From: Malacoraja senta
Taxonomy: Eukaryota
DNA: 64,000 nucleotides
Direction of reading: 5' to 3'
Assembly: GCA_038087875.1 (NCBI GenBank)
Contig: CM075988.1
Location: 806,001-870,000, forward strand
Part shown: positions 21,965 to 34,013 of the stretch, piece after piece
Layout of the letters: each line of letters starts with the position of its first letter
Numbering within the stretch: the stretch's first letter is position 1
Translations under genes and position numbers: made by a program
The notes under the pieces: generated by a model
The model's database searches: none
Told to the model about the DNA's origin: nothing
The model's input: only the letters and a program-made list of their open reading frames with translations

Positions 21965-23620
21965 ATAGAATCATAGTCATACAGCACTGAAAGAAACCCT
22001 TTGGTCTAACTTGCCCATCCAGACCAAGATGCCTCAACTATATTAATCCCACTGGCCCATGTTTGGCCCATATTCCTCTAAGCTGTTCATATCCATGTAC
22101 CCGTTCACATGTCTTTTAGATGTTATTGGAGTACCTGCCTCAACCACCTCCTCCAGCAGGTTGTTCCATATACCCTCCACCCTCTGTGAAAAAAAGTTGC
22201 CCCTCAGGATCCTATTAAATCTTTCCTCTCTCCTGAAACCTATGGCCTCTGGATCATGATTCTCCTATTCTGGGTAAAAACTGTGCATTCATCATATCTA
22301 TCATGATAATCATCTCCGTCATTTTATACACCTCCATAAGATCAGCCTTCAGCCTCCTGCGGTCCAAGGAATAAAGTCCTAGGCTGCCCAACATCTCCCT
22401 ATTGCTCAGGCTCTCATGTCCTGGCAACATCCTCATAAATCTTCTCTGCACTGTCTCCAGCTTAACCACATACTTCCAATGGCAGGGTGACCAAAATAAC
22501 ACATTACTCCAAATTTGGCCTCAACAACATCTTGTACAACTGTAACATAACATCCCAACTTCTATACTCTGAAAAGGGTCTTGTCTCAAAACATCACCTA
22601 TCCATGTCCTCCAGAGATGCTGCCTGACCCGCTGAGTTACTCCAGTACTTTAGGTCCTTTGCTAGTTCAGTTCTATACTCAATATCCTGACTGATGCGGG
22701 CCAATATACGGAAAACCTTCTTGACGTCCCGATCTACCTTTGAAGCTATTTTTAGGGATCTATGTACCTGCACTCCTAGATCCCTCTGGTCTACAACACT
22801 TCCCAGGGCCCAGTTTTTCATTATGAAGATCCTACCATGCTTTGACTTCCCAAAATGCAACCTCTAGCACTTTTCGGCGTTAAACTGCATTAACCATTTC
22901 TCTGCAGCACGCCCAGCTGATCGATATCCTGCTGTAATATTTTGACAAACATCTTCACTATTTACAATACCACTCACTTTAGTGTCAGCTGTGACTTATT
23001 AATCATGCATTCTACATTGTCATCCAAATCATTGATACAAATCCCAACTTGCCCAGCACCGTTCTCTGAGGCACACCACTGGTCACCATACAAAAAAACC
23101 TTCACAATCATCCTCTGCTTTCTTCCACCAATCAGTTCTCTATCCAGTCGGCTAGCTCTCCCTGGATCCCATGCAATCTAACCTACCAGAGCAGCTTCTC
23201 ATGCACAACCGTATCAAAGATTTTGCTGGTCCAAATAGACAACATATTTGGCTTTGCCCTCATCAATGTTTTCAGCTACTTCTTCAAAAGACTCAAACAG
23301 TTCCATAAGACACAATCTCCCATGTGCAAAACCATCCCGAAGCAGCCCGTCTATGCAAATGCATATATACCTTATCCCTCAGAATCCACTCCAGGAACTT
23401 TCTATGACAGATGTTTAGCTTATGGTCTACTGTTCCCAGACCTTTCCTCACAGCACTTCATAAATAGAGACATTAGCTATCTCACCTGTGACTGATGATG
23501 TTTCATAGGCTCCTGCAATTTCCTCTCTAGCTTCCCACATTGTCATCGGACATATTTGATCAGTCGGAGATTTATCTACCTTCATATATTTTAGGACATC
23601 CAGCACTACCACCACCATAA
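21965..23620 (-). mobile_element. Old degenerate CR1 with a small Penelope pLTR insert (about 22570-22660)
   Basis: ORFs 22254-22502, 22594-22860 and 23448-23666 give CR1 peptides. Confidence 0.8.
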
Positions 23621-23757
23621 TATGGCCTGTTCTCAAAACTATTCTCAATTCTTTGCTTTTCCCCACTTCCCTTCCCTTGATCCCAGGATCAGTTCTATTT
23701 GTTACCTAAAATTGACTTTATCCCAGGAAATCTCCCCGTCTTATCCCCAGTTCTGTG

Positions 23758-24803
23758 ATAGATTTACTAGAATGTTGCCTGGGTTTCAACAACTAAGTTA
23801 CAGAGCCAACGATAAATATGTGGATTTCAAATATGTTTGAAACATTACACCTAGAAGAGATAAGACTCCTCCTAGCAGGTAAACCAGATCACCTCCACCT
23901 GACGTGGTCTGCATTTATAGAATTATTACAAACATAGGGTGCAAAAGTACTTTAAAAAAATAAAAAATTGAGGTCAGGTAAGGGGGGATGATAGTTGAAG
24001 AGTTGGTATGTCCTATTTACGTGATGCTCAAAAAAAACACATTTGTTTTTCTTTTTTTCTCTTTCTCTTTTCTTTTCTTAGGGCCTATTTCTTAACTCTT
24101 TTTCTTTTTGTTTTTAATTTCGCTCTTATAGGGTCTTCGTCCTTTTTTGTTGTTACATTTTCTACACTTTTCTACACTTGCACTTTTTCCTTCACTTTCT
24201 TCTTTCTTTCAATCTTTTCCTTTTCTAGTGTAAAAAAATAAATAAAGGGAGTACATTAATTGTAAGAAGATATAAATGACGAGTATTAATGTATGTGGTT
24301 GTAATGTAATGTACTTCTAATAAATAAAAATTAAAAAAAACAACAAAAAAAAAACTAAGTTACAGAGAAAGGTTGAACAAGTTAGGGCTTTATTCTTTGG
24401 AGCGCAGAAGGTTAAGGGGGGACTTGATAGAGGTCTTTAAAATGATGAGAGGGATAGACAGAGTTGACGTGGATAAGCTTTTCCCATTGAGAGTAGGGAA
24501 GATTCAAACAAGGGGACATGACTTGAGAATTAAGGGACAGAAGTTTAGAGGTAACATGAGGGGGAACTTCTTTACTCAGAGAGTGGTGGCTGTGTGGAAT
24601 GAGCTTCCAGTGAAGGTGGTGGAGGCAGGTTCGTTTTTATCATTTAAAAATAAATTGGATAGTTATATGGACGGGAAAGGAATGGAGGGTTATGGTCTGA
24701 GCGCAGGTATATGGGACTAGGGGAGAATACGTGTTCGGCACGGACTAGAAGGGTCGAGATGGCCTGTTTCCGTGCTGTAATTGTTATATGGTTATATGGT
24801 TAT
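23758..24803 (+). mobile_element. CR1 3' portion with (TTATATGG)n tail, interrupted by an L1 3' end
   Basis: ORF 24373-24720. Same subfamily as 55630-56520. Confidence 0.88.
23806..24352 (+). mobile_element. 5'-truncated L1 (ORF2 end, T-rich 3' UTR, AATAAA, poly-A)
   Basis: 15 bp TSD AACTAAGTTACAGAG at 23791-23805 and 24353-24367. Confidence 0.88.
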
Positions 24804-25094
24804 AGCCTAGTACTACGGAAAAACGTATCTGCCTCAGTCCTGGGAAAAGTTTGCGTTACCTTCTGCCCCTTGGTCTGTAGAATAGTTGCCTAATTTATTT
24901 CAATTCCCTTGAATCCCGGTGCACATAATTACTTTAACCTCACCTCACAATCCAGGGGAGATTACTGGGCTTTTACCTCGCATCCCCTGACCACAGCTTC
25001 CAGGCCTTTACTCCACTGCCCTGGATCTTGGTGATGCCCTTCAACCGCGAACTCTTGCCTAGGCCTTGATTATGTTCATGTTCGTACGTGAAAG

Positions 25095-25515
25095 GAGGAG
25101 AACTAAGCTATTCGGCCTATCGTCTACTCCACCATTCAATCAGGGCCATTCTATCTTTCCCTCTCAACCCCAATCTCCTGCCTTCTCCCCATAACCCCTG
25201 AAACCCATACTAATCAGGAATCTATTAATCTCTACCTTAAAATTAGCTACTGACTTGGCCTCCACTGCCTTCTGTGGCAATGAATTCCACAGATTCACCA
25301 CCCTCTGGCTAAAGAAATTCCTCCTCATCTCCTTCCAAAAGGAACATCCCTTAATTCTGAGGCTATGACCTCTGGTCCTAGACTTTCCCACTAGTGGAAA
25401 CATCCTCTCCACATCCACTCTAAAAAAAGGCCTTTCACTATTCACCAAGATTCTATGAGCGCCCTCTCCCTTATCCTTCTAAACTCCAGGGAGTACAGGC
25501 CCAGTGCCATCAAAT
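25095..25515 (-). mobile_element. CR1 3' end
   Basis: ORF 25164-25448. Confidence 0.85.
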
Positions 25516-25620
25516 GCTATGGAAGTTATAAACAAGTTACTTTAAGTTATAAACAAGTTACTTCTTATTTTTACCTTTGCACCTTTTGTATCTTTGTGTG
25601 TAAACATATAAACCAATATG

Positions 25621-26066
25621 ACGCCGGGGCAACTACACCCGGTGAGAACGGCCAGGAACATCGGGCCTCCGTAGAGGCAACTGTGGAGGCCTCAATAGGC
25701 CTGACTTTGGGTGAACTGGGGTTGGGGACTGGACATTGTGCCTTCCCCCACAGTGGTAATCATTGTGGGGGGATGATTTTGTGTGTAATGTGTAGTGTCT
25801 ATGTTAGTCTTTGTCCAAGATGGCGGTCGGAAGGGAGAGTGGACGTTGGCGCGCTTTAGCAGCCGCTGCTCTCTCTTCCATATTGTGTTTTTGATTTTTG
25901 TTTTAGGATTTAATTCTATCTTGAATTTGTGTTCTGGTGATGTCTTTGCTATTTATTTCATTCTGTTTATATGTTTCTACACTATTTGTTAAACTTTGTA
26001 AGGTGTCCTTGAGACTTTGTGAAATGCGCCCATAAATAAAATCTATTATTATTATTATTATTAATA
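25621..26066 (+). mobile_element. Non-autonomous retroposon fragment(s) with (ATT)n tail
   Basis: cccataaataaaa then (tat)n. Flanked by the repeated tataaaccaatatg, a probable TSD. Confidence 0.6.
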
Positions 26067-27129
26067 TTATAAACCAATATGTGTGGTGTTATAAAACCAA
26101 TATTATAAACCAATATGTATGGTGTGTGTGTAACCTTGGCATAAAGTTGCTTTAGCTGGAACATAATGGTGGCAGGACAGCTGAGAGATTAAAGTTAAAT
26201 TTAAGGGTGGCGAGTCAAAGAGAGAGATATGAGGGGAATGTAAAGTTTAATAAGACTGAACCAAGGTCGGAAGTAATGGTGACGAGACAGTGAATGTTAG
26301 AATTGACGATATTTTGATGCGAAAGGAGTACAGCATGTAAGATAATGTAGCAGAAGATAAGGCTGAAAACTGTAATAGAAAGCTGCTTGTTTCTGTGGAT
26401 CAGAGAGCAATTAGAGAGCAGACAGGTGGTGTCATCTCTGAATGTTCCAAGCTGAATATTAGCAAATAAAGGCTTTTCGTCTTCTTGAAGAATTCTCCGT
26501 GTCATCTTATCCAAACTTTGAGTCTTAAAACCACGACAATGCTCATCACATGTTAACCCACTCATTCCAGGGATCATTCTAAAAAATTTCCACTGGACCC
26601 TCTCATGCGCTCTCGAAATAAATGCTAGCATTGCATTTGTCTTCCTTACTTACTACCAATTCGACTTGAAGTTATTTTTTTGTGAATCCTGCACCAGCAC
26701 TCCCAAGTCTCTCTGCACCTCCGATTTCTGAATTATTTCCCCATTTAGAAAATAGTCTACGCCTTTATTCCTGCTACCAAAATACACGATTCCACATTTT
26801 GCTCCGCTGTATTCCATCTGCCACTTCTCTGCCCACTCTCCCAACCTGTCCAAGTCCAGTAGAGTTCCTGCTTTTTCTACACTACCTGCCCCTCCACCTA
26901 TCTTCGTATCACCTGCAAACATGGCCACAAAGCCTTCAATCCCCTGATGCAGTGTTGGCAGGTTGCCCGAGCAAGTGTGAGGGGGAGAGTGGGGCCACAC
27001 ATAAACTGGACAGCTCATATACCGCCTGCATACCTCACTACCCAATGGTATCAACATTAGTCTCAACTTCAAGTAATCCCCCTTCCCCCTCTCTCTCCCT
27101 CTCCCCCTCCCCCTCCTCCTCCCCCTCCC

Positions 27130-27570
27130 TCTCCCGCCTCCGGAGAGGACGCGCCGTTGCCCGGGCGACCACGGGCCGCAAATAGCCGATCAACGCAGCC
27201 GAGCCCCGATTTCACCGCCAGCCGGCGGCCCGGGCTTTGGTCATTTATGCACGGCCGTGGCAGACGCCTCTGCCCTCCCGTTCCTGGCTAGGCTAGGCCA
27301 GGCCCGGCTAGGCTAACCCCTTCCCCCGTGGCCGCGCTCCCAGCGCCGCGCAAATCCCACCTTCCTCCCGCTCGGTTCACGGCCCGCGTCCACGCGCCTG
27401 CGCACGGGGACTCTTAGTAATGTGCGGGGTACTTTCCACGGCGCGGTGCATGGCGGGTGATCCGACGGCCATTGCAGCGTAGAGGCACCGGCTGGCAGCG
27501 CCCAGCGCCTGTCCCAAATGCTGACCGGTGCATCAATTGAGGGGGTGTGGCGCATTCCGATAAGCGGTAG
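27130..27570. promoter_or_regulatory. CpG-island promoter-like region (copy 1) with X-box and NRF1 motifs; candidate TMEM107 promoter / 5' UTR exon
   Basis: CpG-dense sequence not resembling the other repeats. GTTGCCCGGGCGAC at 27156-27169 and GCGCCTGCGCA at 27394-27404. Possible minus-strand donor CG|GTGAAA at 27215. Confidence 0.6.
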
Positions 27571-27743
27571 TGCACATTTTCATCTGCAATCGTGCAATAC
27601 ACAATTTTGTGATCTCAGATAAAACCCAAGGGTCCGTACTTAGGATAGAATTCTGGAAGATCAAATAATGAAGAATACAAAGAATTCTTCAGCATCTTAA
27701 AGCCTGAAGAATAACTAGGGAGAAAATAAGGACATCAACAATA

Positions 27744-28673
27744 AGCGAGTTCAGTATTCCAAATGCGCATGCCCAGGTCATAGGTCACTCGCAATAAACA
27801 CTCTCGGCAACCGTCTGAAGAAGGGTTTCGGCCCGAAACGTTGCCTATTTCCTTCGCTCCATAAATGCTACTGCACCCGCTGAGTTTCTCCAGCATTTTT
27901 GTGTACCTTTGATTTTCCAGCAACTGCAGTTCCTTCTTTAACACTCTCGGCAACCGTGCCGCCACATGCACACAGACCTGCGCCTCAACCGCAGCCAGGA
28001 TCGAACCCGGGTGTCCGGCGCCACAATCGCTGCTGCACCGCCATTGGACCATCCCCGTCCCCTCCCGAGTGCCCCACCCCCGTCCGGGGGTGGCCGGAGA
28101 CCCCAGACCGACCGTAGTCAGACGGGAGCGGCGGCCCAAGCTCACAGCCAATGCGGAGATGAAGCGCCAAACCCAGCTGAATTCTGCAAGTCCCGCCGGG
28201 TTAACCAACAGCCCTGGACTGACGGGAGTGGCGGCCCAGGCTTACAGCCAGCGCGGAGAAGAAGCATTAACTCCAGCTAAACTCTGCCTGTCCCGCCGGG
28301 TTAACCAACAGCCCTGGACGGACGGGAGTCCGTGGCTGTCAGTTAACATGGTGGGGCAGGTTGAGTTGAGATGGAGTTAGCGCTTCTTCTCCGCGCTGGC
28401 TTTGGGCCTGGGCCGCCGCTCCTGTCTGACTACGGTCGGTCCGAGGTCGCCCCGGACGTCTCCGGCCCCCCTGGACAGGGGTGGGGCACTCGAGAGGGAA
28501 CGAGGATGGTCCAGTGGCAGCGCTTGCGGCACCAGACACCCGGGTTCGGTCCTGGCTGTGGATGAGGTGCAGGTCTGTGTGCATGCGGCGGCCCGGTTGC
28601 CGAGAGTGTTTATCGCGAGTGACCTTTGACAAATCCCATGATTCTTTGCGTATTTCGGAATACTGAACTCGCT
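27744..28673. mobile_element. Foldback-like non-autonomous DNA element with long imperfect inverted arms (copy 1)
   Basis: Termini AGCGAGTTCAGTATTCC / GGAATACTGAACTCGCT flanked by TA on both sides. Arms are reverse-complement similar over several hundred bp. Internal 100 bp tandem (28121, 28221, 28321). Confidence 0.8.
27815..27939 (+). mobile_element. Penelope-like pLTR fragment starting at a hammerhead-like core (duplicate at 31980-32104)
   Basis: CTGAAGA-a-GGGTttcgGCCC-GAAACGTT. 18 bp TSD AACACTCTCGGCAACCGT at 27797-27814 and 27940-27957. Confidence 0.85.
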
Positions 28674-29610
28674 TATATTGTCTACGTGTGGAGCCACGGG
28701 AAACGGGCAAAGTTAAATTGTTTCCCTTGCTATTTACCTGGAGAAAGACATGGAAGCTCGACAACTCGGAGAACTTACAAGTAATGCCTTGAAGAAAGTT
28801 CATATTACAGAAGAGGAGGTGCAGGAAACCTTAAAATATTAACGTAGATACATGCCTGGGACATGATTAAGTGCATTTGACCTGATCAAGGACTGTGGGA
28901 AGCAAGGCCCTGGCGGATTCATTTGCATCAACTGGTAAGATGCTGGAAAATTGGAGGTTAGGTAACGTTGGCCTATATTTCAGAAAGGCTGTAAAGTAAA
29001 GGATGGAACTACAGGCTGGTGACAACATTAATGGTGGGTAAGTTATTGGAGGGAATTCTGATAGTATTTATTTGCATTTGGGTAAGCAAGGACCAATTGA
29101 GTAAGAGTTAGGATGTCACGTTTCAGTTTTGGATCAGACATTAAAGTGATTGCAGCTGGAATATCTTGAGCAGTCTGGTTGCCATACTATAGGAAGGATG
29201 TGATTCAGCCAAAATGGGTTCAGAAAAGATTCACAAGAATATTACCAGAACTGGAGGATTAGAGTTATAAAGAACGACTGGATAGGCAGGGTCTTTATTT
29301 CCTGGAGCGTATGAAGCTGAGGTGTGATTAGTTGATCAGAGATAGGGGCTGGTCTGTTAATGTCAGAGTGATAATGTCGAAACAGTCCCTTCAGCCCAAC
29401 GTCCACACCGGCCAACATGCCCCAGTTACACTAGTCCGACCTGCCAGCATTTGGTCCAGATCTCTCCAAACCTATCCTATCCTTGTATCTGTCTGTTTCT
29501 TAAATGTTGTGATAGTCCCTGCCTCAACTACGTCCCCTGGCAGCTTTTTCCATACATCCATCACCCTTTGTGTGAAAAAATAGGAAGGAGGGGGACAAGG
29601 ATAGTAAGCT

Positions 29611-30982
29611 TTTTTATTTTTTTTATTTTTATTAGGTCATACACAGTAGTATAAACCAAGAATAATAAAATACATTTCATGTACAACTTCTTGTTTTTAA
29701 ATTTAATAATAAAAAAGTAGAAGCAAAAAGAGAGAAAAAGAAGGTTCGGTAAGGTGGTGAGAGTGATAGTTTGTGAAAAAGTACAAGAAAAAGAGAGAGA
29801 AGACAAAAAAAAGATAAAATAAATAAATAAATAAATAAAAAGATAAAAGGGATATACCTGCTTCGTATCTTTGCGCACCCCTCACCCGGTTCTGAAACAG
29901 TTCATTTCCAAGGTTATGTTGCACCATATGCTTGTAATAAATCGATAAAGGAAGACCAAATCTTTAAGAATTGGTCTGATTTGCCTGCTAGGACGAATCT
30001 CATAACTTCTAGGTGTAACATTTCAGACATGTTTGAAATCCACATTTTAAGCGTTGGTGTTGGTGCATTTTTCCAGAATTTTAATATGTTTTTTTGCCGT
30101 TATTAAGCCATAATTAAGGAAACTCTTTTGGAACGAAGTCAGCTCAGAGCCGACCTCCATTGATCCAAAGATAATCAGTTCTGCGTTGGGGTTCAATTTT
30201 ATTTTAAATAGTTTGTAAAAATTTCAAAAATTTCCTTCCAAAACTTCTGAAGTTTTATGCAAAAGACAAAAGTGTGTGCTGTAGTTGCATCTTGAGATGA
30301 GCATTTATCGCAGATGGGAGACACATTTGGAAACATTTTATTCAGTTTAGTTTTTGAGTAATATAATCGATGTAAAGTTTTGAATTGAATTAAAGTATGT
30401 CTTACATTAACCGAACATTTATGTACATATAGCAAATATTTATCCCATCTGTCTTTCGAGATATTTATATAGTTCTTGTTCCCAATCTCTTCTAATTGCA
30501 TCAGATGGTGGTATCTCTATGTTTAAAATTATATTATACAAATATGATATTAAATTAGTTGAGTCTGCCTCTGTTCATAGCTTCATCTAATATATCTGAA
30601 GTCGAAGTTTTATGTTCTTGTGTATGTTTTTTCAAGTAGTCACGGATTTGAAGGTATTTAAAGTATTGATTACTTTTCAGGTTGTATTTAAGCTGTAGTT
30701 GTTGGAATGATAAAAGGTTTCCCATTTCATACATATCTCAAACGTTTTAATTCCTATTCTTTCCCAAAGTGTAAACGTTTTGTCGATAATAGATGGTTTA
30801 AACGACGGATTATTAACAATAGGAGAAAGAAGCGATAGAATTCTTAATTTGAAAGTTAATTTTATTTGTTTCCAAGTTCGTATTGTACTATGAATAATTG
30901 GATTTTTCTTGTAAATTGTATTCAGTTTTATCGGTGAAAGAAGGATCGCTCCTATATTAAAAGGAGAGCAATCCTCTCTCTC
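29611..30982 (-). mobile_element. L1 3' part, truncated by the duplication junction
   Basis: Poly-T, then L1 ORF2 C-terminal CCHC region (PICDKC...H.FVFC). Confidence 0.9.
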
Positions 30983-31304
30983 ATACAACATTTTGCTCTG
31001 CTGTATTCCATCTGCCACTTCTCTGCCCACTTTCCCAACCTGTCCAAGTCCTGTAGAGTTCCTGCTTTTTCCACACTACCTGCCCCTCCACCTATCTTCG
31101 TATCACCTGCAAACATGGCCACAAAGCCTTCAATCCCCTGATGCAGTGTTGGCAGGTTGCCCGAGCAAGTGTGAGGGGGAGTGGGGCCACACATAAACTG
31201 GAGGGACAGCTCATATACCGCCTGCGTACCTCAACACCCAATGGTATCAACATTAAAGTCTCAACTTCAAGTAATCACCATCTCCCCCTCCCCCTCCCCC
31301 TCCC

Positions 31305-31740
31305 CCTCCCGCCTCCGGAGAGGACGCGCCGTTGCCCGGGCGACCACGGGCCGCAAATAGCCGATCAACGCAGCCGAGCCCCTATTTCACCGCCAGCCGG
31401 CGGCCCGGGCTTTGGTCATTTATGCACGGCCGTGGCAGACGCCTCTGCCCTCCCGTTCCTGCCCCGGCCCGGCTAGGCTATCCCCTTCCCCCGTGGCCGC
31501 GCTCCCAGCGCCGCGCAAATCCCACCTTCCTCCCGCTCGGTTCACGGCCCGCGTCCACGCGCCTGCGCACGGGGACTCTTAGTAATGTGCGGGGTACTTT
31601 CCACGGCGCGGTGCATGGCGGGTGATCCGATGGCCATTGCAGCGTAGAGGCACCGGCTGGCAGCGCCCAGCGCCTGTCCCAAATGCTGACCGGTGCATCA
31701 ATTGAGGGGGTGTGGCGCATTCCGATAAGCGGCAGTGCAC
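31305..31740. promoter_or_regulatory. CpG-island promoter-like region (copy 2)
   Basis: X-box-like motif 31331-31344 and NRF1 motif 31559-31569 are retained. Confidence 0.55.
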
Positions 31741-31908
31741 ATTTTCATCTGCAATCGTGCAATACACAATTTTGTGATCTCAGATAAAACCCAAGGGTCC
31801 GTACTTAGGATAGAATTCTGGAAGATCAAATAATGAAGAATACAAAGAATTCTTCAGCATCTTAAAGCCTGAAGAATAACTAGGGAGAAAATAAGGACAT
31901 CAACAATA

Positions 31909-32838
31909 AGCGAGTTCAGTATTCCAAATGCGCATGCCCAGGTCATAGGTCACTCGCAATAAACACTCTCGGCAACCGTCTGAAGAAGGGTTTCGGCCCG
32001 AAACGTTGCCTATTTCCTTCGCTCCATAAATGCTACTGCACCCGCTGAGTTTCTCCAGCATTTTTGTGTACCTTTGATTTTCCAGCAACTGCAGTTCCTT
32101 CTTTAACACTCTCGGCAACCGTGCGGCCACATGCACACAGACCTGCGCCTCAACCGCAGCCAGGATCGAACCCGGGTGTCCGGCGCCACAATCGCTGCTG
32201 CACCGCCATTGGACCATCCCCGTCCCCTCCCGAGTGCCCCACCCCGGTCCGGGGGCGGCCGGAGACCCCAGACCGACCGTCGTCAGACGGGAGCGGCGGC
32301 CCAAGCTCACAGCCAACACGGAGATGAAGTGCCAACCCCAGCTGAATTCTGCAAGTCCCGCCGGGTTAACCAACAGCCCTGGACTGACGGGAGTGGCGGC
32401 CCAGGCTTACAGCCAGCGCGGAGAAGAAGCATTAACTCCAGCTAAACTCTGCCTGTCCCGCCGGGTTAACCAACAGCCCTGGACGGACGGGAGTCCGTGG
32501 CTGTCAGTTAACATGGTGGGGCAGGTTGAGTTGAGATGGAGTTAGCGCTTCTTCTCCGCGCTGGCTTTGGGCCTGGGCCGCCGCTCCCGTCTGACTACGG
32601 TCGGTCCGGGGTCGCCCCGGTCGTCTCCGGCCCCCCTGGACAGGGGTGGGGCACTCGAGAGGGAACGAGGATGGTCCAGTGGCAGCGCTTGCGGCACCAG
32701 ACACCCGGGTTCGGTCCTGGCTGTGGATGAGGTGCAGGTCTGTGTGCATGCGGCGGCCCGGGTGCCGAGAGTGTTTATCGCGAGTGACCTTTGACAAATC
32801 CCATGATTCTTTGCGTATTTCGGAATACCGAACTCGCT
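31909..32838. mobile_element. Foldback-like element (copy 2)
   Basis: Duplicate of 27744-28673. Confidence 0.8.
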
Positions 32839-33274
32839 TATATTGTCTACGTGTGGAGCCACGGGAAACGGACAAAGTTAAATTGTTTCCCTTGCTATTT
32901 ACCTGGAGAAAGACATGGAAGCTCGACTACTCGGAGAACTTACCAGTAATGCCTTGAAGAAAGTTCATATTACAGAAGAGGAGGTGCAGGAAACCTTAAA
33001 ATATTAACGTAGATACATGCCTGGGACATGATTAAGTGCATTTGACCTGATTAAGGACTGTGGGAAGCAAGGCCCTGGCGGATTCATTTGCATCAACTGG
33101 TAAGATGCTGGAAAATTGGAGGTTAGGTAACGTTGGCCTATATTTCAGAAAGGCTGTAAAGTAAAGCATGGAACTACAGGCTGGTGACAACATTAATGGT
33201 GGGTAAGTTATTGGAGGGAATTCTGATAGTATTTATTTGCATTTGGGTAAGCAAGGACCAATTGAGTAAGAGTT

Positions 33275-33493
33275 TGGGTATATACTGAGGTCCGAACTGG
33301 CGGCCCAGGCCCAAAGCCAGCGCGGAGAAGAAGCGCTAACTCCATCTCAACTCAACCTGCCCCACCATGTTAACTGACAGCCACGGACCCCCTATCAGTC
33401 TGAAGAAGGGTTTCGGCCCGAAACGTTACCTATTTCCTTCGCTCCATAGATGCTGCTGCACCCGCTGAGTTTCTCCAGCATTTTTGTGTACCT
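33275..33493 (+). mobile_element. Chimeric insertion: 90 bp locally matching segment plus Penelope-like hammerhead pLTR
   Basis: 17 bp TSD CCAATTGAGTAAGAGTT (33258-33274, 33494-33510). The empty site is present in duplication copy 1 at about 29093. Confidence 0.9.
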
Positions 33494-34013
33494 CCAATTG
33501 AGTAAGAGTTAGGATGTCACGTTTCAGTTTTGGATCAGACATTAAAGTGATTGCAGCTGGAATATCTTGAGCAGTCTGGTTGCCATACTATAGGAAGGAT
33601 GTGATTCAGCCAAAATGGGTTCAGAAAAGATTCACAAGAATATTACCAGAACTGGAGGATTAGAGTTATAAAGAACGACTGGATAGGCAGGGTCTTTATT
33701 TCCTGGAGCGTATGAAGCTGAGGTGTGATTAGTTGATCAGAGATAGGGGCTGGTCTGTTAGTGTCATAGAGTGATAATGTCGAAACAGGCCCTTCAGCCC
33801 AACGTCCACACCGGCCAACATGCCCCAGTTACACTAGTCCGACCTGCCAGCATTTGGTCCAGATCTCTCCAAACCTATCCTATCCTTGTATCTGTCTGTT
33901 TCTTAAATGTTGTGATAGTCCCTGCCTCAACTACGTCCCCTGGCAGCTTTTTCCATACATCCATCACCCTTTGTGTGAAAAAATAGGAAGGAGGGTGACA
34001 AGGATAGTAAGCT

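Larger units (their letters stand above)
26794..30982. repeat. Tandem segmental duplication, copy 1 (~4.2 kb)
   Basis: Near-identical to 30988-35386. Starts inside a CR1 and ends inside an L1. 5 nt filler ATACA at the junction. Confidence 0.95.

Noticed and set aside
28500..28560. Possible tRNA gene (A/B boxes)
   Set aside because: No complete cloverleaf; a tRNA-like SINE head inside the foldback arm.
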